DNA of 64,000 nt from Vicugna vicugna (taxonomy: Eukaryota). The stretch spans positions 2,616,844 through 2,680,843 of the forward strand of contig MU057711.1 in assembly GCA_013265495.1 (NCBI GenBank), given 5' to 3'. Below the pieces are notes generated by a model. The model did not search any database, was not told the origin of the DNA, and saw only the letters and a list, made by a program, of their open reading frames with translations. This document shows, one piece after another, positions 38,500-51,200 of the stretch (position 1 is its first letter; every line of letters starts with the position of its first letter). Both the position numbers and the translations under genes were made by a program.

Positions 38500-40747
38500 C
38501 CCCCAATTTTGTTATTTTTAAAAACATTTCTAACAAAGTTTGAAACAGAAAACAGTGTAACCATAACTGAAACTCACCACCCAGATTTTACAAATGCTGA
38601 CATTTTGCAATATTTATTTCAGACCTATTTTTAAGAAAGAAAACACTGCAGTGACTGTTTAATCCTCTTCCACCCCACCCTTTTATTTTTACCCCAGGAG
38701 TAGCATAGTATTCATGCTTAGGTCCTTTTTCTCTGTGACCTAATGTATTTGGAGATTTCCCCGCCTTGGTTCCAGAGCTCTGCCGCCTCTTCTCTAACAG
38801 CTGCTCAGTCTTCTCTTGCTCCGAGGTGCTGTCGTGGGCTTGCCCAGCCCCTCCAGCAGGCACTTGGGTCTCATCCTAGGCCGTGACACATCCTCGTGCC
38901 TGGCTTTCTCGGTGCCCACCAGCTGGGGCCCTGGCTGGCAACAGAGTGCCAATGTGGAACTGCTGAGTTCAAGAACATGAGTGGTTTCAGTTTTGATGCA
39001 ATTTGTAAATGACCTCCAAGTAACTGAAAGTTGAAGGAAGAAGGGAGAGAAAAGGAAGGGAAGGAGGAAGGGGATAGGAAGGAAGGAAAGAAGGGAGAAG
39101 GGATCAACCATGCTCCTTGGTGAGGTTTTGAGCACATTTCCCTGCAAGCTGGCGGGGGTGAGTGTTACCTTGTGTGCAAATCTGATCCCTGTTGCAGAAT
39201 AGCTACTCTTCTTCCCCAGAACCTGAGCCCTAAGCGCTGGGGCCCCCCTGGGAGCTGGAGCCCCGACTCCTGTCTATGCCGGCCTCACCCACACGTGCAC
39301 ACAAGCACCGGCTGGTCGCTAGGATGCCTGGTTCTGCTGACCTGTCACCAGCCCTGAGGACGTCTGGTTAGGGCAGCTGCTGGATGAGGCTCTCATCGCC
39401 CAGGGAGCACTGGGTGGTGGTGGGGGACCCCGAGGGGCCAGTGCACCTCACACCCAGCTGTGCCAATTACACATTCTGGCAAAGGAAACAGCCAGGAGCA
39501 GTTTCTTTTACTCCCCCTCCCCCGACGTTTTTCTCAGTGTTTAGATGTCAAATCATTACTGGGCCAGAGGGAAGGCAACCTCGGAGGTGGCAGGAGGAGG
39601 GGAAGGCTGCCTGCACTAATAACCTGGCTTCTGTGAGGCCTGTCACACTCTCGGGAATGAGAGGGGACCCCCTGAGCTGTGCTCGGTGCTACGGGCTGTG
39701 GCGCCCCGCCCCCACCGCCCTCACCTCCTCATTGAAGTTAGGACTTCACCCAGCGCAGACCAGGGAGTTCAGGCCCAGAAGACCCCAAAGCAGCCTTGCC
39801 CCGTGTCCAGCCCAATCCCAGCATCCGCCTCCCGCCCCAGCCTTTGCTCCTGAAGGGCGTCGCCCTTTCTCCCAACGTGCGCGTGACTGTTTTGCTGAAT
39901 CCATGCAGGTGATTTTGCCAAACGCTTTATTGACTCCTAAAAGTTGTACCAAGGGCTCCCTTCTCCAGTCATTCAAGTTTTATCACTTCCTACAGTCGTG
40001 CCCCTTGTTTGGAGTTCTGATCTGGTTCTTGGTCCTGTCCCTATGGCCCAAACCAGTAGATCTCTGAACCCCACCCCTCTTCTCAGGAACTCATGCCCTT
40101 GAATGGTTTTTACTGATTAATGTCCCTGCAAAGGGCTTTCTGCACCCAGCATCTTATTTTAGAAGGAGAAGGGGGAATGGGAGCAAGACCCATCTTCTAG
40201 TGGCAGGAGGTGACCCCTGAAGAGGAGGAAATGGCAGAGGCTGACTGACTCCCCATCTCCCATTGACCACCCCATGGTTTTCCTCTTCCCTCCACTTTAT
40301 CCCCGCAAAGTGGGAGAATTGTGGTGCGTCCAGTCCATGAGCCTGGCAGAGACAAGAGGGTTTCTACCTCGACAGGAGCCCCTCTAGACTTGACTTTGGC
40401 ATAGCATTGCTGTGCGTGGGGGCTGGAGGTGGGGAAAGTGGAATGCTCCCAGCCAGCAATGCTCATCCTATAAATGCTTCAGAATTACCTGGGGGGATTT
40501 TTAAAAATACCAATGCCTGGGGCCCTGCCTCTGATGGTGCTGATTCCCTGGTCTGGGCGTCAAGATGTTCCAAACTCCCGTGCAGCCAGGGTAAGAACCC
40601 AGAGCCTTTCCCTGGATGACCTCAGAGGGCTCCTTTGAGGGCAATACCTTACTTCAGGGGCCATAAGAATCTCCCAGGGAGTACATTAAATGCAGCGATC
40701 CAGGCCCACCCCCAGAGAGTGAGATTACATGGGCCCGGGGCTACGAG

Positions 40748-41157
40748 CAGAGATGATCAGACTAAATGAAGTCAAACAGAGAAAGACAAATATCACGATA
40801 CCACTTAAATGTGGAATCTAAAAAGAGTGAGACAAGTGAACTTATTCACAAAACAGAAACAGACTCACAGACAGAAAACAAACTTATGGGTTACCAAAGG
40901 GGAAGGCAGGGGAAGATAAATTAGGAGTTTGGGATTAATGGGTACAAACTACTGTATACAGAAGAGATAAACAATAAAGTCCCATGTTAACAGCACAGGG
41001 AACTATATTCAATACCTTATAACAACCTATAATAAAGAATATACATATATATATATATACACACACACACATATATATATATGACTGAATCACTATGCTG
41101 TACACCAAAAACTAATATAACATTGTAAATAAACTAAACTTTAAGCAAAAAAAAAAA
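40748..41157 (+). mobile_element. Artiodactyl-type L1 3' end with poly(A)
   Basis: agagaaagacaaatatc...aaacttatgggttaccaaaggggaa...cagcacagggaactatattcaata...actgaatcactatgctgtacacc...poly(A). Confidence 0.85.
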
Positions 41158-41159
41158 TA

Positions 41160-41375
41160 CAGTTGACCCTCAAACAACACAGATTTAAACTGCATGGTTC
41201 CACTTACAAGCAGATTTTTTTCATCAACACGTGCTACACCATCCAGGGATGCGGAACCTCGGATGCAAAGGGTCAACTCTAAAGTTATTCTCAGATTTTC
41301 AACTGGGGAAACAGGGAAGTTCCCCCCTGCCCCTGCCCACCAAAAAACCCCACTGCATGACTCAAGGGTCAACTG
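41160..41375. mobile_element. MER8/Tigger2-type MITE
   Basis: Perfect 11-bp terminal inverted repeats cagttgaccct...agggtcaactg, flanked by TA at 41158-59 and 41376-77. Confidence 0.88.
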
Positions 41376-44300
41376 TAACTGTTTTCTAGATATTTCTCAT
41401 CACAAAATTCTGAGTAAGTTAATCAAAGGTGAACTTCTCTGAATTTTTTTTTTTTTTTTTTTAATCAACAAGGCCTCATTTGCTGGAGCCAGCTGGGCTG
41501 GTACCCAGGCGAAGGGGCAGCCAGCCTTGCTCATCAGCATCTGGGTGTGTTTGCCACCTTCCTCCTAGTTGTAATGGCCCTGCCGGCCGGCCAGGGCTTC
41601 TTCAGCATTGCTGGTTCCTCAGAGTGGGCACGTCGGCGGTGGTCAGTACACGGAAAAGAGGGAGTGAGAGACAAAGAAGACTGAGGGGTCACATCCCTTA
41701 CTGGCTGGAGGATTCATGGCCTCCTCTTGCCTGTGAGTCCCTGACTGCGGAGTTTTACAAAGCAGTGACATTTCAAATGAAAAGCTGGCAAAGCAACGCG
41801 GTGGCATCAACTTTTAATTTTGCTGACTAAGAATGTTAAAAAAAAAAAGGAAGGAAGGAAAGAAAACTGTAGTCTCTTGCTGTTTAAAGAAAAACAAACC
41901 AAAAAGAGAAAAAAGAAAAGACATAATTCAGACCTCTTTAAAAAGAAAAAACTCTAACTGCGTTGTTTTTTCTCCCCCCTCCACCCTGCCCTGGTAGAAA
42001 CCAGTGAAAATTTGTCCAAATGCTCATATTCGTGAGTAGCTATTGAAGTCAGGCAGGAGTTACTCTTCCCATTTTAGAGACACGAGAACAGAGACTGGGG
42101 AAGGGGGTGGGGAATTGCCATCCGTGATGACACTTCTTCCCGAAGCTGAGCCCAGACCCTGTTTCCAGTCTGAAGCCTCAGCTGCCCTCTGGGGGATAAG
42201 GGGACAGGCCGGCATCTATGATACCTGGAGAAGTGGCTTTCCATGGCCTGGGTCACTGGCCAGTGACTCTGCAGAGGCTGTTGTGACCATCCTGCCCGTG
42301 TCAGCAGGGCCCCGCTGCAGCCAGCCTGCCTGTCGTGGCCAGCCCAGCAGTGGGGACCAAGCTGCGCTTCCCAGCCTGTGATGGAGGGGGTGGGGTGGGT
42401 GAGCCAGGTCGGTGAGAAGCAGGCTCCCTGAGGACGCTCCTCCCCTTCCCTTCCCGTCCCCTGCCTGCTCTGAGACTCCCAGGGTCCTCCTTCTGATCCT
42501 GAGTCCTACCCAGCATGGTCCACCTACATGTCGTGTTTGACCCATCTGGGGATTCAAAAAATTAATTTCCAAAACGTGAACGTTTCACCTAAAAATCTGG
42601 ATTTGGGGCTTTTCTCATAAAAATCGAAGAATGTGATTTCACCAGGCCTGCCATTGGCAGGAGCTGAGTGTCCACCCCTCAGATGCCATGTGAGCTCACG
42701 CTCTCCAGGACCCCAGTGTACTCTCAGTCTGGTGCCCATGTGCCTTCCCTGGTTGGCTCCCGTGGCATCTCAGCTCAGGACCCCAAATATGCTCAGGTGC
42801 CTAACTTTGGGGGTCCCCTGTGCCATTAAACCCGGGCCTGCTCAAGGCAGAGTCTTACAGGGAAGGTTGCTAACGGGGTGTTTCAGCTGTGGGAGGACTT
42901 CCGTAGGGAGGTCTTTGGGGCCAGTCCTGGAGACCCTCACTCACCACACCACTCATTCCTCCTTGGGGTGGGCGGGGCTCTCTCGGGAATGTCCGCCTGT
43001 GTGAGACCCTACCCGACATCCCTTACAGAGACAAAGCGGAAGGGGCCCCACTCAAAGGGCTTGGCTGGACACCATCTGGCTCTGCTAGCTGAGCTGCTGA
43101 GTGCAGGCCCGTGACCTCACCTCTCAGAGGCTCAGTTTGCTTTGCTGTCAAGTGGGCCTAATGAGGCTTGTTTTGCTGCAGCTCCTGGGTCTTTGGAGAT
43201 GTAAGATGTAAGGTGAAAAACGCAAGAGGAGATTCTTCCACGTGGAGTCCCCTGAACAATTACATACCTCCCAACACACCCCCGCCAGTGACTCCTGTCC
43301 CTCTGGGCTGCTTCTCATGGCTCAGCTTAGAGTTTGGCCCTTCCCCTCTGCAGACTTGGGCGGATGTGGTTCCAAATTCTCTGGACCCGCTGTCCTGAAT
43401 CCTGCACGTCTGGCTTGGTGGATGGAGTTGGAGGAGGTGACCGGATGTGGTAGCCAGACCACAGAACGCAGGCTTGGCGCCTCGCTCCGAAGGGCAGAAC
43501 GTGGGAGGCGGGCAGACCTAAACTGAGCCCTGATCCTGCTACTTCCTAGCTGTGCCACCTTGGACAAGTGACCCTGCCTCTGTGCCTCTGTTTCCTTCTC
43601 TGTTCCAGGGGACTAAACAGAGAACCCACCTCACTGGGCTGTTATGAGGATCAGATTAAATGATCTGACAGGCTGAAGCCTTCAGCTCGGAGTCTGGCAG
43701 ATAGTAGGCCCTTGGGAAATGGCAGCTGCTGTTAGGAGACTCTGACCCCATAGGACCTGCGGGGAAGGAGGTACAGTTGACAAAGAGCCCCTGCAGGTCA
43801 GCAACTGCCATGTGTCCCCTCCACGGCACATGAGGGCCATTCCACCTACCCTGTTGCTTTTCTCCTCCGTGTTCGATGAGTTCATCCCATTACAGACCCG
43901 ATCTTCACTGTGAACTTGGGCAAGCCCCAGACCTCTCTGGGCCTTAAATTCCGAGCGTGCATGATAAGCTTTGTGGCACCAGCTCCACACCCTAATAGGA
44001 TATGGCAGTGGTGGGACTGGTGGCCTAAGAGCCAAGCCCAGCAGCTCCACCCTGCTCAAGGTGAGGGAGGGGAGCCTCAGGGGTGGTCCTTGGCTGCCCT
44101 GCCTCGAGGACTCTCCTTGTCCTCCAGGAGTCCGGCCAAGCCCCTGGAACCAGGCCCTGAGCCCTAGGATTGCTGAGGCGTCTAAATGGCTATATTGACC
44201 ACTTATGGAGCACCTATTATATGCTCAGCCTGCATTCGCTGACGTCCTTAGGACACCCTCGTGAGGAAGCCAATGAGGAAACTGAGTTATTGTTCAGCTA

Positions 44301-44617
44301 AGTGACTTATCAAGGTCACGGTGAATGTGTGGCCGGGTTGAATGTAGTGTGACACCTGTCCATGGGGACAAGCTGTTAGTCACTCAGCTGCCCCCTTCCA
44401 GGAGCCTGTGGGCATTGACAAAGATTAGCAAAGACCAGTCCTGCCCTCTCCTCTGCGGTCACCCCAGCCAAGTCCAGAGAAATGTGAGTGAAGGGAAGTT
44501 CTGGGAGGTGGGGCTGCTGGCCTGGCCTGAGCCCCTGGCTGCAGCAAGATGGTGCCCAGTGTCTCCAGGTGCCCTGTCAGTCCCCTTCATTCATAGCTCT
44601 GATCATGTTTGTAATTA

Positions 44618-45202
44618 GAGCTGAGTCTTGTTATTCGTGGTAGTTAACGCTCTTTAAAGTCATCGCCAACGCTGATTTAGCCAGTACCAAACCACTGGTC
44701 TTAGGGGAAACAGAGTTAGATTCCTGGGGACCTCTGGTCACATTTCCAGCAACCAATCAATACATAACCTTGTTTTGTGTGTGTTTCTGTTTAAAGACAC
44801 TTGATTTGTTCTATATTGTTGATTTGCTAACATTGAACTCATGGCCAACAACCATTGTAACCCACGCCTGAACGAAGCTTGTCTAACACATACAATTTCC
44901 TCGTAGGAACACTACACGGCCCCTCAGCCACTGCTAACACGAAGCACAAAAATGCAAAAAGCACAGTGCTGAAAAGAGCCTGGAAAGAAGACTTGTTTAT
45001 AATATGAGAGCTGAAACAGAAGGGCAGATTGTAGCTTTGTTTGATGTCAGCTGAGAAAACACACGTCAAGTGGCTCAAATGCTTTGCTGCTCATGACCGC
45101 AAATGACCATGAAAGCACCGTGAGTATCGATTTTGAAGTTACAAATAAATTTGAGTGAGGAGGCGCATTCATATAGAATCTGTGAATAATCAGGATCAAC
45201 TG
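44618..45202. mobile_element. MER82-like TcMar-Tigger element
   Basis: TA-flanked, with degenerate TIRs (gagctgagtcttgttattcgtgg / tgtgaataatcaggatcaactg). Internal caatacataaccttgttttgtgtgtgtttctgtttaaagacac matches MER82 as I recall it. Confidence 0.8.
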
Positions 45203-48200
45203 TATAAGCTTGTTTGTGTCTCTGATTATTTGGTTAACATCTGTTTCCACTAAAGCGCTATCTCGTTCCCCAAAGATTATTTTGTAATCCCAAAGGCCCA
45301 GCAAAGATAGGTGCTTGTTAAATATCTGCTGAGCGACTGAACGATGGCACGTTCCTGGCCTCCCTACCCGGCCCCACGCCAGACCCAGCATGTGGCCGGC
45401 TCTCGACACTCAACACATCTCTGTTGATTGGATTCGTAAGGACAACCAGGCAGGGGACACCCTTTCACAAGGTCCTGTTCAGGCTCCCTGACATGTTGAT
45501 TCTGCCTCTAGGAAAGGGTAGCAGTCTTGCGACAGATGAAACCCAGGAATGTGCTGAAGATACTCTGGGTGGCACAGAGCAAAGGGACAGCATTTCAGGG
45601 CTCAGCTTGTGAGCTCCCTGCACAGACCAGAGGGAACCTGATTGAGGTTGAGGCTGGGAGAGGGCCTCTCCAGGAAGCAACACTTAGATGGAGACCTCAA
45701 GAATGAGGAGGAATTCACCAGGTGAAAAGCTAGCGACAACAGCTTGTGCAAAGGCCCTGAGGTGGGAGAGAGGGTAAGCCATTGGACAAATGGATGGAAG
45801 CCAGTGCAGCTGAGCACAGACAGCAAGGGGGAGGCCCAGGGTGGACTTGGCCCGGGGGGGACCATGGTGGAGAGTTTGCTTACAACTCTGAAGAAACAAC
45901 AATAAGTTGGAGGGTCAATGGGGAGGGGCGGTTGGGTGTGGGGGACAGAATGTGACCATCTGGCCACTTAATGGAGAAGGGACTGGAAACAGCAGCCCGG
46001 AGAGAAGGCTCTCATCGTAGGACACAACGGCGCCTGTTGGATGCAAGATGCTTATGACATTCTCACCTGCGAAGGTGCTGAGGATCCACTGGTTTGTCTA
46101 CACCCGGCATCAGCAATGCCTTTCCTGTTGTTGAACAGCATCTTTTTAAGTGAGGGAAAGAACAAAAAGTAAAGTTGGAGAGAATGAGACGGCAGAGACA
46201 GAGAGAAGGGAGAGGGAGAGGCCTCCCTTCCCTCTGGTAATTGCTGAATTGGCGCTCGCGAAGGCAGAAAACGAATGGCTGACTGATGTCCCTCTGCCGG
46301 GAGAGGGGGAAGAAGGGAGGCATGATATTGACTTAAACGTGGGGGATTTAAAAGGCCCCTATGTTCCCACTTTGTGCTTTGCTTCTAACAGACAGCCTGG
46401 GACCTTTGAAGTCGGTCTGGCCCAGTGGGGAGCGGGCTTCTGTGGAGACAAGATGCTAACAGGGGCGGGGGGAAGGAAAAAAAGGGGGGGGGGGGAAGGG
46501 GGCCAGGGGGCGGCCGAAACTCTATTAGGCATGCTCTAGCAAAAGAAAGGCAAATCCAATGATAATGTACATCTGTTTCAGGGAATTTATAAGCTTTGAA
46601 CATTTTTTATGGGCAGATAAGTGGGTCCTTTTCTTACCATAACTTAGAACTTCAAAGCTGAGTGTGTGGATAATGCAAATTGCTGAAATATGAGATTTTC
46701 CCTACAAAGAGGTTTCCAAAGAAGACGAGGAAGGAAAAAGAGAGAGAGAGAGAGAAAACGAAGGCTAATTGATGCCACAGTCTTTTATGTAGACGGCAAA
46801 AATGGGACAGAAATTGATTTTTATGAAATAAGAAATTGATGGGAGAGATAAGGAGAGGAGGAGGAGGAGGAGGCCACGAGGCAGGTTGGGGACTGAGACT
46901 GGGGCCAGGCAGGTCGGCCTGGGCTGTGGGTCAGCCCTGGGGAAACACAGCCCCTCCCTCTAAGAAGCCTCACCCTTAATGGGAAAGATGAGACGAATGG
47001 ACACAAGGACACTTGGGAGCCATTCAAGGCAATGTCAGCCCAGAGGATGGTCCATCCAAAATCCAAGGGGGCTTAGTGTATGGGTGGAGCTTGGAGGCCT
47101 GGGGAAATCAGGAAAGGCTTCCTGGAGGAGAGTGGCTCTGTGGGCCAGGCATGATGTGGGGTGGGGGTGGGGATGGGGATGTGGAGGGTATAGGGGGATG
47201 GGATTCTAGATGTCAAAACAGATGAATCACTATGAGCTCCTGCAGGCAGGGACATAGTAAACACTCAATATACGCTTGCTGGATGAACGGATCAAGGAAT
47301 GCATGGCAGGCAGGGTCAACCAGCTCTATCTTTTCACTATTTCACAACTACAGAGGAAGATTCAGACTGGAAGGGAAGGTGGGGGCCTTTTTTGGTCCTT
47401 GTGGTTGACCCCAATCTCCTTTCTGCCCCTAGGTGATTAGTCTAAGCCAATCTTTTTTTTTTCTTACTATATTTTGGTTTTAGTATTTATAACATAACCA
47501 AATAAGAATTTTTAAGCTTGTAAAGTTATTCTTCTGGTATTATACATTTGGGTTTTTTTTCTTCTTTTTTTTTTTTTGATCTTCTTTTCTTCTCCCTCCT
47601 TCCCTACTCTCTTCCTTCTCTCTCTCTTCCTCCTCCTCTTCAACAAATTCACAGAAAGTAGGAGGCCTTCTTTATTAATTGTGTTCTTGGTCTAAGCCAG
47701 TTTTGGTAGTCATCCCCTTTGCAGTGATTGGCTCAGGGAAGGTCACATGACCCTATTCTGACCAATGAGACCTGAAGGGAAGTCTGCTGAGGGGCTTGTG
47801 TGATGTCATGATGGTTACCATCTTGCCACCAGGCTGAGGACCACAGAGCACAGACACAGGGAGAACCCAGGTCCTGGAGGATGTCATTGAGCTACCACTC
47901 ACGTAGTACCTGGCAGCTCCTCAGCATTTGCACTCCAGTGGTTTGGCTTTTCTCAGGAGAAGATCCTGAGATGAGGATTTGAGAGCAAGTGTTTATTTTG
48001 AGGTGCTTCTGGGAAGTGCTGGCAGGGCGTGAGGAGTGAGACAGGGAAGGGAGGCAACTGTGGACAACCAGAGCTTGCTACTGTGGGGAACCCATGTGGA
48101 CTGCCCCTCAGAGTTACCTACCCACAGAGCAAAGGAGCTGGGGTATTGATCCTCCCATTCATACCAGTCATTAGTCGAGGGCAGCTCCAACTCTACTGTG

Positions 48201-51200
48201 CTAGCTGGCTACACAGAGCCTTCCACAAGGAGTCACGGGTGCTGGCAGTTGGAAAATGAACTAGCAGACACAGAAGTACTTCATCCAGGGGACTCAGGCC
48301 CAGGTGCTGGCGTTGTGTGCTCCTTGAGGTTTCTGTTGCTAACAGCATCTTAATCCATGCCAGGTGATCGTGGAGGGCCTCAAAGGAAAGGGGGAGGGGT
48401 TTGAACATTTTCCTGGGAATCCATGAGCAGCCATTCAAGGTTTTGGGGAGTGCCATAATGACAATGAGAACGAGGGTTGCGGGTGGTGTGGAAGGCACCT
48501 GGGACTTCTCTAAAGACACTGGGCATCTGCTTCTACCTGACATCCTGCCAGCATCTTAGCGGATTTCAGCACTCACCTGGATCCAATATCTAAATTTTGT
48601 AAACTAATCCCCTCCCGGAAACAACCTCCTTTTTCGCCTGTCTTCAGCCACCCACTTCTGAGTCCCACCGGGGACCCAGAAGTGCCCCACCTCAGAAGCC
48701 ACAAAAACTATCACCTTTCTCTGTCCTCACTCCTGTCCTTCTCACAGTCCCTCCTGGTTCTTCCCAAGATACCAGCTTCCTTTCACTCCCTCATCTTCAC
48801 TTCCTGCTTCCTCTACCACAGCCCGTGGTCTGGATTTCCACTATTCTCTGTCAAATACCCTCAACTCCTTCACCTCTGTCTTTCTATACACCCTCCATCC
48901 GCCATCTGCCAACTCTGGAAAAAGTAAAGAGCCCAGGATCAAGGGCTCTGGGTCAGACAGACAATTATCATTATATCCCCACCAACTTGTCCCTGACTTT
49001 TTTGTCCCTAAATCCAGTGGGAATTTCAGTTGCTACCTTCCTTGACTTCTTGGCTGTATTTCATGATAGTGACCATATCTTCCCTTTCAAAACACCCTTC
49101 ACCCGTGGATTCTGTGCACAGGCTGCTAGTTGCTCCCCTGTGTCCATCCTCCCTTTCTTCTTGGTAATGGAGTCACTTGTTTTGAGTTCAAGAATAAAGA
49201 CTACAGTTCTTAGTCTATTTTGCAAATAAATTCTAGTCAGTGTTATGTGCCATATGGCAGCTCCTGGGAATCTTCCTTAAGAGATTGCTTGTTCATTCCC
49301 ATCATTTCTTTCATTCTTCAACCCTTCTTCCATTCTGCTGCCTGGAAAGCAAATGTGATGGCTGGAATTGCAGCCACCATTTTGGACCATGAGGGCAAGA
49401 CCAATACCCCAGAGATAGTGGAGTGGCTGGAAGAAGCCTGTATTCCCAGTGGTTTAGAGGAACAGGGCTTCTATTCCAGACCTGGACATCTACATTTAGA
49501 CTATTAAGTGCAGAGGAAACCAACTTCTCACTTGTTTAAACTGCTCTCACCTGCAGCCAAACTAAATCCTAAGTGAAATCGCTCTCCTGACATCAAGCTC
49601 TGTTGGATTGTCTCCAGCCTCTCTGAGCTGCTTTTAGCATCAGCTTTGCCTAATCCTCCTTTAAAAATTGCAGCATTGAAACTGGGTACACGGGACCTCC
49701 CTGTACTATCTTTGCAGAATCTAAGTATTTCAAAATAAAAAGGTTTTAAATGGTGGCATTGCTGTCATCTCAGTCCTGTCCCCCTTGTCCTCTCCATGGA
49801 CCCACTTTCTGGGATCTCATTCACTGCCAGGGCCTCAGTGAACATCTCTAGGCTGTTGACAAGGAGTTCCAACTACATGCCCCCAAAACAAATTACCCCA
49901 AACTTGTTCTAAGGTCAGTAACGGACAAGACAATCCACCCAGTAGCTCAAGCCAGAAGCCTGGGTGTCCTTCTCGACTCCCCCCTCCCCCCTAATTCAAT
50001 TACTGAAAACTTTTAGTTCTATATCCTCAAGAGATTCCACTTATACCCAACCCCCCATCCCAGCTGCCATGACCCTGGTGGAGCCTGTCTGCTGTCCCCT
50101 GGCATGGTCACCTCCTCTTCTAATCTTACTCCCTCCCATCAGTCCCCAAGCTGCAGACAGAAAGTGCTTTTTCAAACACCAAGCTGACCATGACACTACC
50201 CTAGTGCAAACCCATCCTGTTGCCCTCGGGACAAGGACCCTGTCCCAGACCAGCAGACCAGGCCCTCAGTCAGCTGCCCCTGCCCATTTCCCGTCCCTTC
50301 CTGCCTCCCCTCTGCCCTGCCACATTGCACCCCCGGATGGTCCTTGAATGGGAGAGCCTTCTGCTTCCCCTTTCTTCCCAGAAGAGGCTGCTCCTTCTCC
50401 CTGCAAAGCCTATTCTTCACCCTGGGCTTAGCCAGGACTCCCCAAGTCAGAGCCTGAGACAAGGACGTGAGGCCAGATCATGTCTGAGTAGAGTGATGCC
50501 CGGAAGAGGAGTGAGGGAGCAGGAGAGTGAGATGCAAGGTGACAAGCTGACTTAAGGATGTGCTGCCAAGGCTGCCCCTGGAGGCGGTGGACCTCTGGGA
50601 TGTGTACAGAGCGCTCCCAAGTGTCCACCTGCAGGACTAAAGGCTGCAGTGTTCACAGGTCCCAGCCTGGTGCTTCTCCGTGGATGTTGACTTCTCCTCA
50701 CTTCCATGCTGTGTGCTTGCAAGCAGGCTCCTGGGGGGCCGCAGACGGCCCTGGGAATTTGCAGGAAGACAAGGGACAGCAGAGAATGCAATTCTGCCTG
50801 GGTAACGTGAGTCTGTGCTTGCTGGGCTGGCCCCGGCAGCCCCAGCTGAGCTGCGCACGGCTGCAGGCCTGCGGTGCCTCTGCCCCACTCCTCCTGCAAG
50901 AACCGGCTCCTCCACCAAGTCCTCCCTGACCCCCAAGCCTGGAGCAGGTGCCCTTCCTGGGCCTCCTACACGTCCCCAAATCACAACAGCTTGTCTGTAA
51001 ACTAAGGCATAAATGAGATGAGGTGAGATGGCTTAAAATAAGGCTGTGGAAACGAAGTTGGAGCAGAGGGAGTGAACTGTAGAGGTGACTTAGGTTTATA
51101 GAAAGACACTGCCCATTTAATCCTCATGACAACTTTATGAGGTAGGTTTTCTGTCACGTCCATTTTACAGATGGGAAAGGTAAGGCTGGGAGGTTATACA

